DNA of 46,880 nucleotides from Escherichia phage BEK2. Each line of letters begins with the position of its first letter. Positions within the stretch are counted from its first letter, which is position 1. Below are positions 36,876 through 44,855 of the stretch, one piece after another. A model generated the notes under the pieces. The model worked only from the letters and a program-made list of their open reading frames with translations. It searched no databases and was not told the DNA's origin. Where the stretch lies: the sequence record MN158206.1, one strand, 5' to 3'. A program made the position numbers and the translations under genes.

Positions 36876-37240
36876 TGATGTGCGTAGCTTTATCTGGATG
36901 CTCAGCAACATCTGCTCTGACCGGGTTAATTGGCAGCAAGCCAGAGATTAGCGCACAGGCTGGAGCAGAAAACAACAATGTTGGAGTTGGGTTAACGAAT
37001 AAGGTTGACCACAGTAACTCCAGCGATGCCACCGTCAAAGATTCTAAGGTTGGTTCACTAGATAGCTCGAGCGGGAAAAAGACTTCTGATAACTCTATTA
37101 AGGCATCAACAATCACGGCAGAAAAGATTGAGATTACAAACAACGAATCATCAGCGCTTCCGTGGGTTGGAACTGGGGCTATGGGGTTACTGGTTTTTGT
37201 TCTCCTGGCCGTAATCTTAAGACGTAAAAAAGCCTCCTAA
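36851..37240 (+). CDS. unimolecular spanin (lipoprotein N-terminus + C-terminal TM)
   Basis: lipobox 'LSGC|S' and C-terminal TM 'LPWVGTGAMGLLVFVLLAVILRRKK', the architecture described for phage T1 gp11. Confidence 0.7.
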   Translation: MLKWIAALVMCVALSGCSATSALTGLIGSKPEISAQAGAENNNVGVGLTNKVDHSNSSDATVKDSKVGSLDSSSGKKTSDNSIKASTITAEKIEITNNESSALPWVGTGAMGLLVFVLLAVILRRKKAS

Positions 37241-37247
37241 TGGAGGC
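37230..37247. terminator. bidirectional terminator between convergent operons
   Basis: agcctcc-taat-ggaggct with flanking A/T runs. Confidence 0.55.
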
Positions 37248-37265
37248 TATGCTTTTCTTTTCTAT

Positions 37266-37463
37266 TTAATCTCTTTCAACCGTGAAAGTTTTGCTAAATT
37301 GCTCATTTGTCATAGTTACAAATCCATTTCTGTGCTTAACCTTCATGTTTTCACTTCCGGCATACATATACTCATATACTCTACCGACAGTAAAGTAAAT
37401 GAAGCACATTTCCTCTCTCTCACTCAGGTTTGCAAAAGACATGCCTTTATATTTGGCCTTCAT
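37266..37463 (-). CDS. hypothetical protein
   Basis: 65 aa ORF. Confidence 0.4.
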   Translation of the reverse strand: MKAKYKGMSFANLSEREEMCFIYFTVGRVYEYMYAGSENMKVKHRNGFVTMTNEQFSKTFTVERD

Positions 37464-37543
37464 GATAATTTCCTTTCTCTTCTTAGTTTATATGGATTAA
37501 TAATAACAAAAGCCCACAAGGGGCTTTTAACAAAAGGTGCTAT

Positions 37544-37879
37544 TTAAGAGAATAACTCGTCGTCCGTCATTGTTCCTATATTCATCATCTCTTTTATGTA
37601 CTTGCTCTCATACCCGCTAAGTGCCTCGAAATTGAAATCAAACGGCCTCTTCAGGCTACCCTTGCTAACAAACTCACCACACTTACCATTAATGTAACCC
37701 GCACTCAACATCTTCGCGCAAAACTCCTTTGAAGCAGCGCTGCAAAATTCCCTATGCGACAACCCGGCGGCTTTGCTAAATCTCTGAGAGTCCTTGTGTT
37801 GGTAGATGAATCGCGCCAAATGCTGCCGTGTGAAATATGAATACGACTCGCAGAACTTAAATATATCTAGCAGGAACAT
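37544..37879 (-). CDS. hypothetical protein
   Basis: 111 aa Cys-containing ORF downstream of ATPase gene. Confidence 0.45.
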   Translation of the reverse strand: MFLLDIFKFCESYSYFTRQHLARFIYQHKDSQRFSKAAGLSHREFCSAASKEFCAKMLSAGYINGKCGEFVSKGSLKRPFDFNFEALSGYESKYIKEMMNIGTMTDDELFS

Positions 37880-37882
37880 TCA

Positions 37883-39466
37883 TCACCCCAGCAGTCGCGG
37901 ATTAATGTAAACCTTATCACCAATCAGGCACGTGTAGTTTTTCTCGTCAAGCATTGGCAGTAGGTGATCTTTAATCTTCGTCATTACCCCAGCCTGAGCC
38001 TCGAACGGCTTAACCTTTCGAGCAGCTTCATATAATGAGCGAATACCAACTACACCCTTGCCGTTCTTTCCTTGCTTGATCAGGATATCAATCAGCTTAT
38101 TCATCTCGGCATTATCGCCAGCGTGACCAGCGGCGTTAGCAGATGAAAGATAAGTCTTGCTAAGTTCATTGAACATAATTACAGCTTCTTGCATGGTATC
38201 AAGCTCAATCTCTCTTGACTTCTGTGGACTCCCGCCATTTGGGTTAAACCAGTTACGCACAGTGTGAAGAACCGCCGCAATCCTGATGGCCTGCTTATCG
38301 AACTTACCCAGGGCGCCGCGCAACATTGTGTGGGAATACTTCCCGCCGTCCGCAAGGTGAGGCTCCATCTCCTGACGTGCGCGGTTAAGATACTTCATTG
38401 CTGAGTTGCTCACTGTCAACTTAACATCTTGCTCATTCATTATTTCATGAACTAATCGGAAATAGTCGGCCTTGAGTCCACCATCAATTGGCTCATATGT
38501 TGAATCTCCATTCTCATCAACAAACACACGCTCGCCCAAAAATGACTTTTCACGCACAAGCAGAAATCGCTCCGACACACCGATACCACGTGCGCCAGCG
38601 TTCATGATTGCATTGATTGTTTCGTCTTGCGCAATTACTGAGATGCAACCCATAGCAACGAAGCTCATGTTGTTCTCTGCGTTCGCACGCGCAATGGACA
38701 CGTTACCAGCATCCCATGCCTTCAGTACAAGTTCGCTGTTCGTCTTCTTGGATCCGTCACCGTACGTCATACCTAGCAGTGAGTTGACGCTCGTCGCCTC
38801 ATCAGAGATAACCGCGAAGTTACCTTGTCGGTTGTTTATTCGTGCCAGACCTTCCGGCGTGGTGTCGGATACAGGGAAAACGATATCACAAAGTTTCTCG
38901 AGCTTTTCCTCAAGCTCCTCCTTCTCCTCAAAAAGAGAAGCCATCTCTGAAGGAGATTTCTCCTGCTTCATCTCTTTGGATAATGCAGATAGTTTGGCCA
39001 TGATCTTCTTGCGCTCACGCTTGCGAACTTCATTAAGACGCTCAGTCTCAGCAATCATTGGAGCAATCGATAGCGAGTTAATTGCTGATTTACCAGTTGA
39101 TGGCGGCTGGCTTGTCACGACGTAGAGCGCAGTTGGTTGTTGGGTTCCATGATACTCAACTGTAAATCGGCCCAGCATCGCAGCGGAAATACACCCCAGG
39201 AAGTGCATGTATGCGGACGACTCAGGAAACTGAACCGAACGAGCTATGTTAGATGACAGTTTGCCAACAACATCAATATCATTACCTAGTGAGATTACGG
39301 GATACTTGTCATTAGCTGCATCAATCTCGACCGGAGCCTTCCAAAATGATTGAGAATGACGATAGCCATTGGCATTGATAGCGACGCGCAGGGGTGGGAG
39401 GTTGTCCGCAGCAGCAATTGCCATAACCTGTTCAACAGACAGTTTATCTTCGTTGAAATCAAACAT
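37883..39466 (-). CDS. P-loop ATPase, putative replication initiator/helicase
   Basis: Walker A 'SQPPSTGKSA', Walker B 'FAVISDEAT'; N- and C-terminal segments paralogous to 42798..43322. Confidence 0.65.
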   Translation of the reverse strand: MFDFNEDKLSVEQVMAIAAADNLPPLRVAINANGYRHSQSFWKAPVEIDAANDKYPVISLGNDIDVVGKLSSNIARSVQFPESSAYMHFLGCISAAMLGRFTVEYHGTQQPTALYVVTSQPPSTGKSAINSLSIAPMIAETERLNEVRKRERKKIMAKLSALSKEMKQEKSPSEMASLFEEKEELEEKLEKLCDIVFPVSDTTPEGLARINNRQGNFAVISDEATSVNSLLGMTYGDGSKKTNSELVLKAWDAGNVSIARANAENNMSFVAMGCISVIAQDETINAIMNAGARGIGVSERFLLVREKSFLGERVFVDENGDSTYEPIDGGLKADYFRLVHEIMNEQDVKLTVSNSAMKYLNRARQEMEPHLADGGKYSHTMLRGALGKFDKQAIRIAAVLHTVRNWFNPNGGSPQKSREIELDTMQEAVIMFNELSKTYLSSANAAGHAGDNAEMNKLIDILIKQGKNGKGVVGIRSLYEAARKVKPFEAQAGVMTKIKDHLLPMLDEKNYTCLIGDKVYINPRLLG

Positions 39467-39539
39467 TACTTCTCTCCGTATTGTTTCTGAGCGGACATTA
39501 TATCAACGACCGCTTATAATTCATTATCAATTTTGCTAT

Positions 39540-39893
39540 TTACAGGTATTGCGCCTCAAAATGGTACGTCTGGCAAAGAGTGTAAAATCCAACATCCTCG
39601 CTGCGGTAAAGCTGCCAAGCATTACCATCCTCATCGTAAATGTAACCGGCATTTTGCCCTATCCCGGCATGCATAGATACCTGGTAGCGCTTTCCTTCTT
39701 TAAAGTCTTTTTTAACTCCTGACTTGTGGTTAACCTTTGTGCAGTAAAGCGTCTTAGTCTTGACGTACTTACCGCGCTCTTCGAGGTTAACCCATTTGCC
39801 ATCTTTCTTAATCTGCTCCACACCATCTTTAACGCGAGCTTTGTAGAGTACGTTTTCGTTGCTGATCCAGCTTTTAGTAATCGTAGTGGTCAT
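39540..39893 (-). CDS. hypothetical protein
   Basis: 117 aa ORF with own promoter. Confidence 0.5.
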   Translation of the reverse strand: MTTTITKSWISNENVLYKARVKDGVEQIKKDGKWVNLEERGKYVKTKTLYCTKVNHKSGVKKDFKEGKRYQVSMHAGIGQNAGYIYDEDGNAWQLYRSEDVGFYTLCQTYHFEAQYL

Positions 39894-39929
39894 TTTGTTT
39901 TCCTTTTCGTGTTTCGTTTCGATGAGATT

Positions 39930-39972
39930 AATATACAGGAAAAGCCCCGAAGGGCTTTAGCAATTAGTGCTA
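39930..39972 (-). promoter_or_regulatory. composite early-type promoter with embedded terminator hairpin
   Basis: box 39958-39972, hairpin aagccc-ttcg-gggctttt in spacer, -10 TATATT 39930-39935, leader 'tctcATCGAAACGAAAC'. Confidence 0.55.
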
Positions 39973-40208
39973 TTTATTTCCTTGAGTCCAAGTGGCGTTA
40001 TCACTACCTTATACCAAGTTCCAATCTCTGGCTTATTTACATTATATGCCAGCTCTACATAACCTAGCCGAAATAGTTTTGGTATACCTCTGGATGACTT
40101 GCCACAATCACGAATCCTGCCGCGATTAAGGTCATAGCTTATTTGATGAATCTCTCCATTATGAATACAGTGGAGGGTTTTTATTGCGGATTCAGAAATT
40201 TTAATCAC
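39957..40208 (-). CDS. hypothetical protein
   Basis: 83 aa, GTG start; C-terminus 'NSTNC' encoded by the box. Confidence 0.45.
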   Translation of the reverse strand: MIKISESAIKTLHCIHNGEIHQISYDLNRGRIRDCGKSSRGIPKLFRLGYVELAYNVNKPEIGTWYKVVITPLGLKEINSTNC

Positions 40209-40375
40209 TTATTTTCACCGTTAATATTCTTCGCATTCTCTATCGCCTTGAGCATAATTTCATGACTCTCAAGCAAGTCCTCGCGGAACCAGTCGCCGCA
40301 AGGCCAGCCCTTACCAGACATCTTTGACACAACTTCAAAATCCCAATAACTCAAATCTGAAGGTAATAGCATCAT
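40205..40375 (-). CDS. hypothetical small protein (56 aa)
   Basis: overlapping start/stop with both neighbours. Confidence 0.3.
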   Translation of the reverse strand: MMLLPSDLSYWDFEVVSKMSGKGWPCGDWFREDLLESHEIMLKAIENAKNINGENK

Positions 40376-40611
40376 TTCACCTCATCAAAAGTTGCAATCC
40401 CAGGAATAAACATTCCAACCTTCCATCCTGCAATGGCAATCCAGCCAGAATCGTTCTTGTGCGGTCGCTCAGCGCCTTTAATTAACCATTCGTTCGGGAT
40501 TGTCTTGCCGTTAATGATTAGTGGCTCAGCGTCGTACATAGAGCCTTTAACGAACGGTGTCAAAACCTTCTTATCGGTACTGGTAATAACGTTAGTGCAG
40601 CGAATTTTCAT
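40372..40611 (-). CDS. hypothetical protein
   Basis: 79 aa ORF. Confidence 0.5.
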   Translation of the reverse strand: MKIRCTNVITSTDKKVLTPFVKGSMYDAEPLIINGKTIPNEWLIKGAERPHKNDSGWIAIAGWKVGMFIPGIATFDEVK

Positions 40612-40781
40612 TGCACCACCTCAAACTCACCAGGGTGAATAACAAGCGGTTTAGATGTGCCATCCATTATTACCACCCTACCATCTCCGCAATCCATGAA
40701 TACATCGTAAACTTCGCCAATCTCAATGCCGTAATAATCTGTTGTGTAAATCGTGTCAAACTTAACAATCTTAATTTTCAT
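40608..40781 (-). CDS. hypothetical small protein (57 aa)
   Basis: GAGGAT RBS, ATGA overlap with downstream gene. Confidence 0.35.
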   Translation of the reverse strand: MKIKIVKFDTIYTTDYYGIEIGEVYDVFMDCGDGRVVIMDGTSKPLVIHPGEFEVVQ

Positions 40782-40791
40782 ATCTCAATCC

Positions 40792-40968
40792 TCAAAATGG
40801 AATGCAGTCTTGGCAGCCAAGTCCATCGCAGCACAGGAATTCATCCTCTGACTGGAATTGCTTAGCCAGATCAATATCTATTCGTCCGCGGACAACCATT
40901 TCGGTGTAATCTTCGTTAAGACCAATCAGTGCGCATTCGTGACGTAACTTATCTTTATCAATCTTCAT
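40792..40968 (-). CDS. hypothetical small Cys-rich protein (58 aa)
   Basis: 'CCDGLGCQDC' cluster; weak RBS. Confidence 0.3.
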   Translation of the reverse strand: MKIDKDKLRHECALIGLNEDYTEMVVRGRIDIDLAKQFQSEDEFLCCDGLGCQDCIPF

Positions 40969-41022
40969 ATCTATACCATCGTTTGGTTTGTGCCGGATGT
41001 CGTCCGGCGGCGATATAATTTA

Positions 41023-41262
41023 TTAGTGCTGCTTTGCTGTGTAAAACTTCCAGTCATCCTGGACTTCAATCAATGTCCCGTTGGCTATCATTGCACTAAG
41101 GCTATCTTCAGTAAGGAGAGTTCTCAGCCAGGTATATTTGTTTCCTACGCGAACATTGCCACAGTTATTAAACACGCTACCGTTTACCAGCATCATCTCA
41201 ACGCCTTTTGAGCCAGGCTTAGTGAAGAGGCGTTTTTCTGTTTTAGTGGTCTGGATGCTCAT
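41023..41262 (-). CDS. hypothetical protein
   Basis: 79 aa, GGAGA RBS, own promoter. Confidence 0.5.
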   Translation of the reverse strand: MSIQTTKTEKRLFTKPGSKGVEMMLVNGSVFNNCGNVRVGNKYTWLRTLLTEDSLSAMIANGTLIEVQDDWKFYTAKQH

Positions 41263-41300
41263 TTTTATCTCCGGTGTGTTCGTTTCGTTTCGATGAAGTA

Positions 41301-41343
41301 ACTATACGCCATCCGTGGCGGTGAGTTTTAGCAATTCGTGCTA
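41301..41343 (-). promoter_or_regulatory. composite early-type promoter (box + -10 TATAGT)
   Basis: box 41329-41343, -10 41301-41306, leader 'cttcATCGAAACGAAACG', spacer inverted repeat cgcca/tggcg. Confidence 0.6.
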
Positions 41344-41633
41344 TTGCGTTCGATGTATGCATTAATTTCTTCAGCAGTTTCCATTGCGGAGCGGAAAGCG
41401 CCTTTTGCGTGGCGAGAATCTCGGAATGACTGGAAAAATTTACGAGCAACGTTTGCGAACATCGCGCCAGTGATACGAGAATCACCGAAATTAGTTTCGA
41501 TTGAGTTACTGATGCCATCACGGAACTCATTCTCAGCCATGAACATCTCAGCCATTTCTGCGGTGGCGAAAAGGTCTGCCAGTGCTTGCATGTTTTCGTG
41601 GTCAGCTTTAGTGAAAAGGTTCATGTTAATCAT
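41328..41633 (-). CDS. hypothetical protein (first gene of leftward early operon)
   Basis: 101 aa; C-terminus 'NSTNC' encoded by box. Confidence 0.5.
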   Translation of the reverse strand: MINMNLFTKADHENMQALADLFATAEMAEMFMAENEFRDGISNSIETNFGDSRITGAMFANVARKFFQSFRDSRHAKGAFRSAMETAEEINAYIERNSTNC

Positions 41634-41670
41634 TTTTGTGTCTCCGTGAGTTCTTCGTTTCGATGGAGTA

Positions 41671-41714
41671 ATAATAGCGAATCACACCCGATCGGTCATT
41701 AGCAAAAAGTGCTA
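41671..41714 (-). promoter_or_regulatory. composite early-type promoter (box TAGCACTTTTTGCTA + -10 TATTAT)
   Basis: box 41700-41714, -10 41671-41676, leader 'ctccATCGAAACGAAGAA'. Confidence 0.55.
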
Positions 41715-42300
41715 TTCGTTAGATTTATGGATTGTTGCAGATATTGCAATGATTCACATAATTATTGCACATACAGCAATATTGCTTCAGATGCAATGAT
41801 GTTTTTGATTGTTGCGAAAAGTGAAATGAAGTGGGGAGTGAGCGAATGAAAGATGGATGGACTACCATACAAGTTGATTTTGATTCTGGCTGGGCCATTT
41901 TCACGCCTACACGTAACGCCAGTAGCGCGATGTAAGCCAAGGCCAATCGTTACGTGAGTTACGCGCAGCTACGCCCGGACTTACACTATAAGTGCTTAAT
42001 ATATATATATATCTTCTTTCTATTATTATTATTAATATTAATATTATTGTATGTAAGTCGTGTAACGTGGGTCCTAGCGATATCTATATGTTTTTTCCTA
42101 TCAGAATACATTATTGCTATTTTATGTGGGATTTAGCCAGTATGGGGCCATTGCACTCATTTGCCTCGTTACACGCACGACACGAAACTACATTGAGCTA
42201 TAGCTGGGCTGGTGTGCCATTTCGCGTAACGACCCCCAAAAGTTACCAAAAATTACACTTGACTACATGTGTAAGTCGGGATATGATGGACTCAACTTAA
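41715..42300. repeat. divergent control region B: ATTGCA iteron array, GTTACG repeats, AT-rich tract, two copies of the shared block (candidate origin)
   Basis: (A/G)TTGC(A/T) about 7 copies 41730-41815; block copies about 41887-41920 and 42190-42232; (TA)n/(TTA)n tract 41995-42055. Confidence 0.5.
42259..42287 (+). promoter_or_regulatory. strong sigma70 promoter (rightward early)
   Basis: -35 TTGACT, 17-bp spacer, -10 TATGAT. Confidence 0.65.
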
Positions 42301-42318
42301 ACGAGAGGAGTGATAGAG

Positions 42319-42798
42319 ATGAACGAGAAGGTAACATTAGGCCAAGTGATTCGTGAGATGGTAAAGGCGGCGCTTAAGTCTGAGGATAAGCAGATCAGCG
42401 TGACACTCAACAAGATTGAGAGCCTTATTGGCGCAGAGGAGGGTGGTCTACATAAGCTTAAGAGCTCATACATCTATAATACAACGGCTCGCATGCCTGA
42501 GTTGAGAGATGCCGGACTGAAGGCGACCCACCATTATGATGAGGATGAGGGTGATAGTGAGTTTGGTGAAACCACTCTGGCTGGGGAAAAGAAGTTAGTT
42601 ATCAAGCTGATTCCTGGAGCTGCAAACATTGGAATCAGGAAGAAGACCAACGACGCGATCAAGGATGAGGCAATCAATGGGTTCAAGGCCAAGATTTCGA
42701 AGGTGATGCCAGACCTCTCTGAGTATGAGGGTGAAGCGCTTGCAGCCGCCATGAAGGCCATTAAGGATTACCGTTTAATTATTGAGGAGATTAAGTAA
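42319..42798 (+). CDS. hypothetical protein (first rightward early gene)
   Basis: ATG 42319 with GAGGAG RBS (track GTG 42310). Confidence 0.55.
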   Translation: MNEKVTLGQVIREMVKAALKSEDKQISVTLNKIESLIGAEEGGLHKLKSSYIYNTTARMPELRDAGLKATHHYDEDEGDSEFGETTLAGEKKLVIKLIPGAANIGIRKKTNDAIKDEAINGFKAKISKVMPDLSEYEGEALAAAMKAIKDYRLIIEEIK

Positions 42799-43322
42799 TG
42801 TTTGACTTTAACGAGGATAAACTGACAGAAGAGCAGGTTATGCAAGTAGCCATGGCAGATAGCCTTCCACCACTACGTGTTGCAATCAGCGCTAACGGGT
42901 ATCGACAGTCAACGGCGTTTTGGGGTTCGATTGATACCTCAGAGGTGTATAGTGGTGATGAGCTTGGTGTACTGATTAAAATCATCAGGAAAATGGGAGT
43001 TAACGGCAAAGGAGTTGTCGGCATTAGGTCTCTATACGAAGGTGCTCGCAAGGTTAAGCCCTTTGAGGGTAGCAATGGAATCATGGCGCGTATTAAGGAT
43101 GAGCTCATCCCAGCTCTAGAGGAAATTAATATCGCTTGCCTAATTGGAGATAAGATTTATGTCCACCCAGCTATCATTGATGAGTACTGGCAACCCAACT
43201 TCAAAACTTACGAAGGTGAGCACCCCAGTAGACTACCACACCACTTGCGATACAGTGACGATGAGATAATAAAGGCGATTCGGTTCTACTGGGAAGCTAA
43301 ATCACTGCTTAGCGGCGGATAG
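42798..43322 (+). CDS. truncated paralog of the 37883..39466 ATPase (N- and C-terminal domains only)
   Basis: 'MFDFNEDKLTEEQVMQVAMADSLPPLRVAISANGYRQS' and 'NGKGVVGIRSLYEGARKVKPFE...CLIGDKIYVHP' match both ends of the 527-aa protein. Confidence 0.6.
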   Translation: MFDFNEDKLTEEQVMQVAMADSLPPLRVAISANGYRQSTAFWGSIDTSEVYSGDELGVLIKIIRKMGVNGKGVVGIRSLYEGARKVKPFEGSNGIMARIKDELIPALEEINIACLIGDKIYVHPAIIDEYWQPNFKTYEGEHPSRLPHHLRYSDDEIIKAIRFYWEAKSLLSGG

Positions 43323-43362
43323 CACGAATTGCTAAAAGGGGATTCATCCTGACTGGTATAAT
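43320..43362 (+). promoter_or_regulatory. composite early-type promoter (TAGCACGAATTGCTA + -10 TATAAT)
   Basis: box 43320-43334, perfect TATAAT 43357-43362. Confidence 0.6.
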
Positions 43363-43516
43363 CCCCACATCAACCACGCGAATGGAAGTTAAGTGACCAT
43401 ATACGAACATAGATTCAGCAGCAGGGGTATTGATATGCTTCTGCACTATATAGACGAAAAATACGCAAAGCTCATGCTTAAGACGCATGGCGGCACAATA
43501 ACGAGGATTAACAAAA

Positions 43517-44149
43517 ATGGCTAAAATTATCATTCTTAACGGACCCGCTTCTATTGGTAAGGACACTATTGGCAACGCGTTATGCTATGATTACCGATGC
43601 ATCAAAACCAGCCTTAAGCGTCCAATGTTTGAAATTGCCGAGTCAATCCTGGGGGTGGAGGCATTCAGTAAGTTCATCACGGCTTATGATGACCGAGATC
43701 AGAAAGAGATGCCTCAGAGCTTCCTTGGTGGCAAGACCTGCCGCGAGTTCATGATCTGGATTAGCGAAACGGTAGTCAAGCCTCTATTTGGCAACCAGCA
43801 ATTCGGTAAGCTGATGAGCGAACATATAAATCTGTGTGATGAAGGATTCACGTTCGTTTGCACTGATGGCGGGTTCACTGATGAAGTCATAAAGCTTGTT
43901 GAAGATGGTCACGATGTTACCGTTGTGCGTCTATTTATGGATGGCAAGACCTTCGCAGGCGATAGTCGTAATTACATCCACATTGAAGAATCTCAGTTCC
44001 ATTACTGCTCGTGGTATCAGGAGTGTGACGTGCATCTAATAAGTGGTGACATTGATGGCGGTGTCCTGGCGGTGGCTGAGGCTTGCGGTATTAGCTCATC
44101 AGTCCCAGAGGTTGATGTTTACGAGTGGGAAGATGGATTGCCCTGGTAA
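43517..44149 (+). CDS. P-loop nucleotide kinase (dNMP-kinase-like)
   Basis: Walker A 'LNGPASIGKDT' resembling T4 gp1 'GVKRSGKDT'. Confidence 0.55.
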   Translation: MAKIIILNGPASIGKDTIGNALCYDYRCIKTSLKRPMFEIAESILGVEAFSKFITAYDDRDQKEMPQSFLGGKTCREFMIWISETVVKPLFGNQQFGKLMSEHINLCDEGFTFVCTDGGFTDEVIKLVEDGHDVTVVRLFMDGKTFAGDSRNYIHIEESQFHYCSWYQECDVHLISGDIDGGVLAVAEACGISSSVPEVDVYEWEDGLPW

Positions 44150-44150
44150 A

Positions 44151-44193
44151 TAGCACTTTTTGCCTAACCCTCTTCGGAGGGTTTTGTTATAGT
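44151..44193 (+). promoter_or_regulatory. composite promoter variant with embedded terminator (TAGCACTTTTTGCCTA, hairpin, -10 TGtTATAGT)
   Basis: box 44151-44166, hairpin ccctc-ttcg-gaggg + T4 (44167-44186), -10 44188-44193, leader 'tcccATCGAAAGCAAAC'. Confidence 0.55.
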
Positions 44194-44231
44194 TATCCCA
44201 TCGAAAGCAAACAACCAAACGGAGCTACAAA

Positions 44232-44324
44232 ATGATTTCTTTACTGATGATTATCCCTGCTGTTATCGCCCTGGGTCTGATGGTTAGTGCTGGTGAGTTC
44301 TACGTCCCAGTCAACAAGAAATAG
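44232..44324 (+). CDS. hypothetical small hydrophobic peptide (30 aa)
   Basis: 'MISLLMIIPAVIALGLMVSAG...' single TM; own promoter; stop in next box. Confidence 0.3.
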   Translation: MISLLMIIPAVIALGLMVSAGEFYVPVNKK

Positions 44325-44363
44325 CACGAAATGATAAGCCGCTCCGGCGGGTTTTGTTATAGT
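44322..44363 (+). promoter_or_regulatory. degenerate composite promoter (TAGCACGAAATGATA + hairpin + -10 TGtTATAGT)
   Basis: -10 44358-44363 at 36 bp. Confidence 0.4.
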
Positions 44364-44392
44364 TAGTTCACACCAAGCGAGAGGAAAGAGAA

Positions 44393-44485
44393 GTGAAGCA
44401 ATACCCATCAAGCAATCACCATAACGGTCACATCATGCAGTTCTATCGCCACAATCTGAAGACTAATGGAGTATTTGGAAAATGA
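44393..44485 (+). CDS. hypothetical small protein (30 aa)
   Basis: GTG with GAGAGGAAAGAG RBS; ATGA overlap with next gene. Confidence 0.3.
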   Translation: MKQYPSSNHHNGHIMQFYRHNLKTNGVFGK

Positions 44486-44721
44486 TTACAATTAACCTGT
44501 CAGATAAAGACGCAGAAATGCTAAAGAGTATTATTATGAAACCAATGTACTCCACGCTCTCATTCGAGCAGATGCGAGTAGTGAAAGAAGTTGGCACACA
44601 GATTAATAATCAGCAGTTCGACGTTAGCGACTTCGATTCATCTCGTCAATACGAGTCGCTTAGCGTCAATGCTGCGTACATTGATAAAGCAGTATGGGAA
44701 AAGGCGAGAAATAAAAAATGA
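44482..44721 (+). CDS. hypothetical protein
   Basis: 79 aa ORF. Confidence 0.5.
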   Translation: MITINLSDKDAEMLKSIIMKPMYSTLSFEQMRVVKEVGTQINNQQFDVSDFDSSRQYESLSVNAAYIDKAVWEKARNKK

Positions 44722-44855
44722 TTTACATCCACACGTACTACACTGGTAAGTTTAATAGCGTTAAGCATGCTCGAGTTCACGATAGCTACGATAGTGCAAA
44801 GGCTCAATGGTTGGTTCTTGGTGGTGATATTAATTCATATAGAGTCGCTGAATAG
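44718..44855 (+). CDS. hypothetical small protein (45 aa)
   Basis: ATGA overlap upstream; stop TAG inside box. Confidence 0.35.
   Translation: MIYIHTYYTGKFNSVKHARVHDSYDSAKAQWLVLGGDINSYRVAE

Noticed and set aside
38472-39125. Plus-strand 217-aa Ser-rich ORF inside the ATPase gene, and minus ORF 42791..43108 inside its paralog
   Set aside because: Antisense frames of the duplicated coding sequence; their mutual similarity just reflects the nucleotide-level inverted duplication.
41954-42300. Track ORFs 41954..42136 and 41992..42300 in control region B
   Set aside because: Same AT-repeat artefact (poly-Leu/Ile); they overlap the iterons and the strong promoter.
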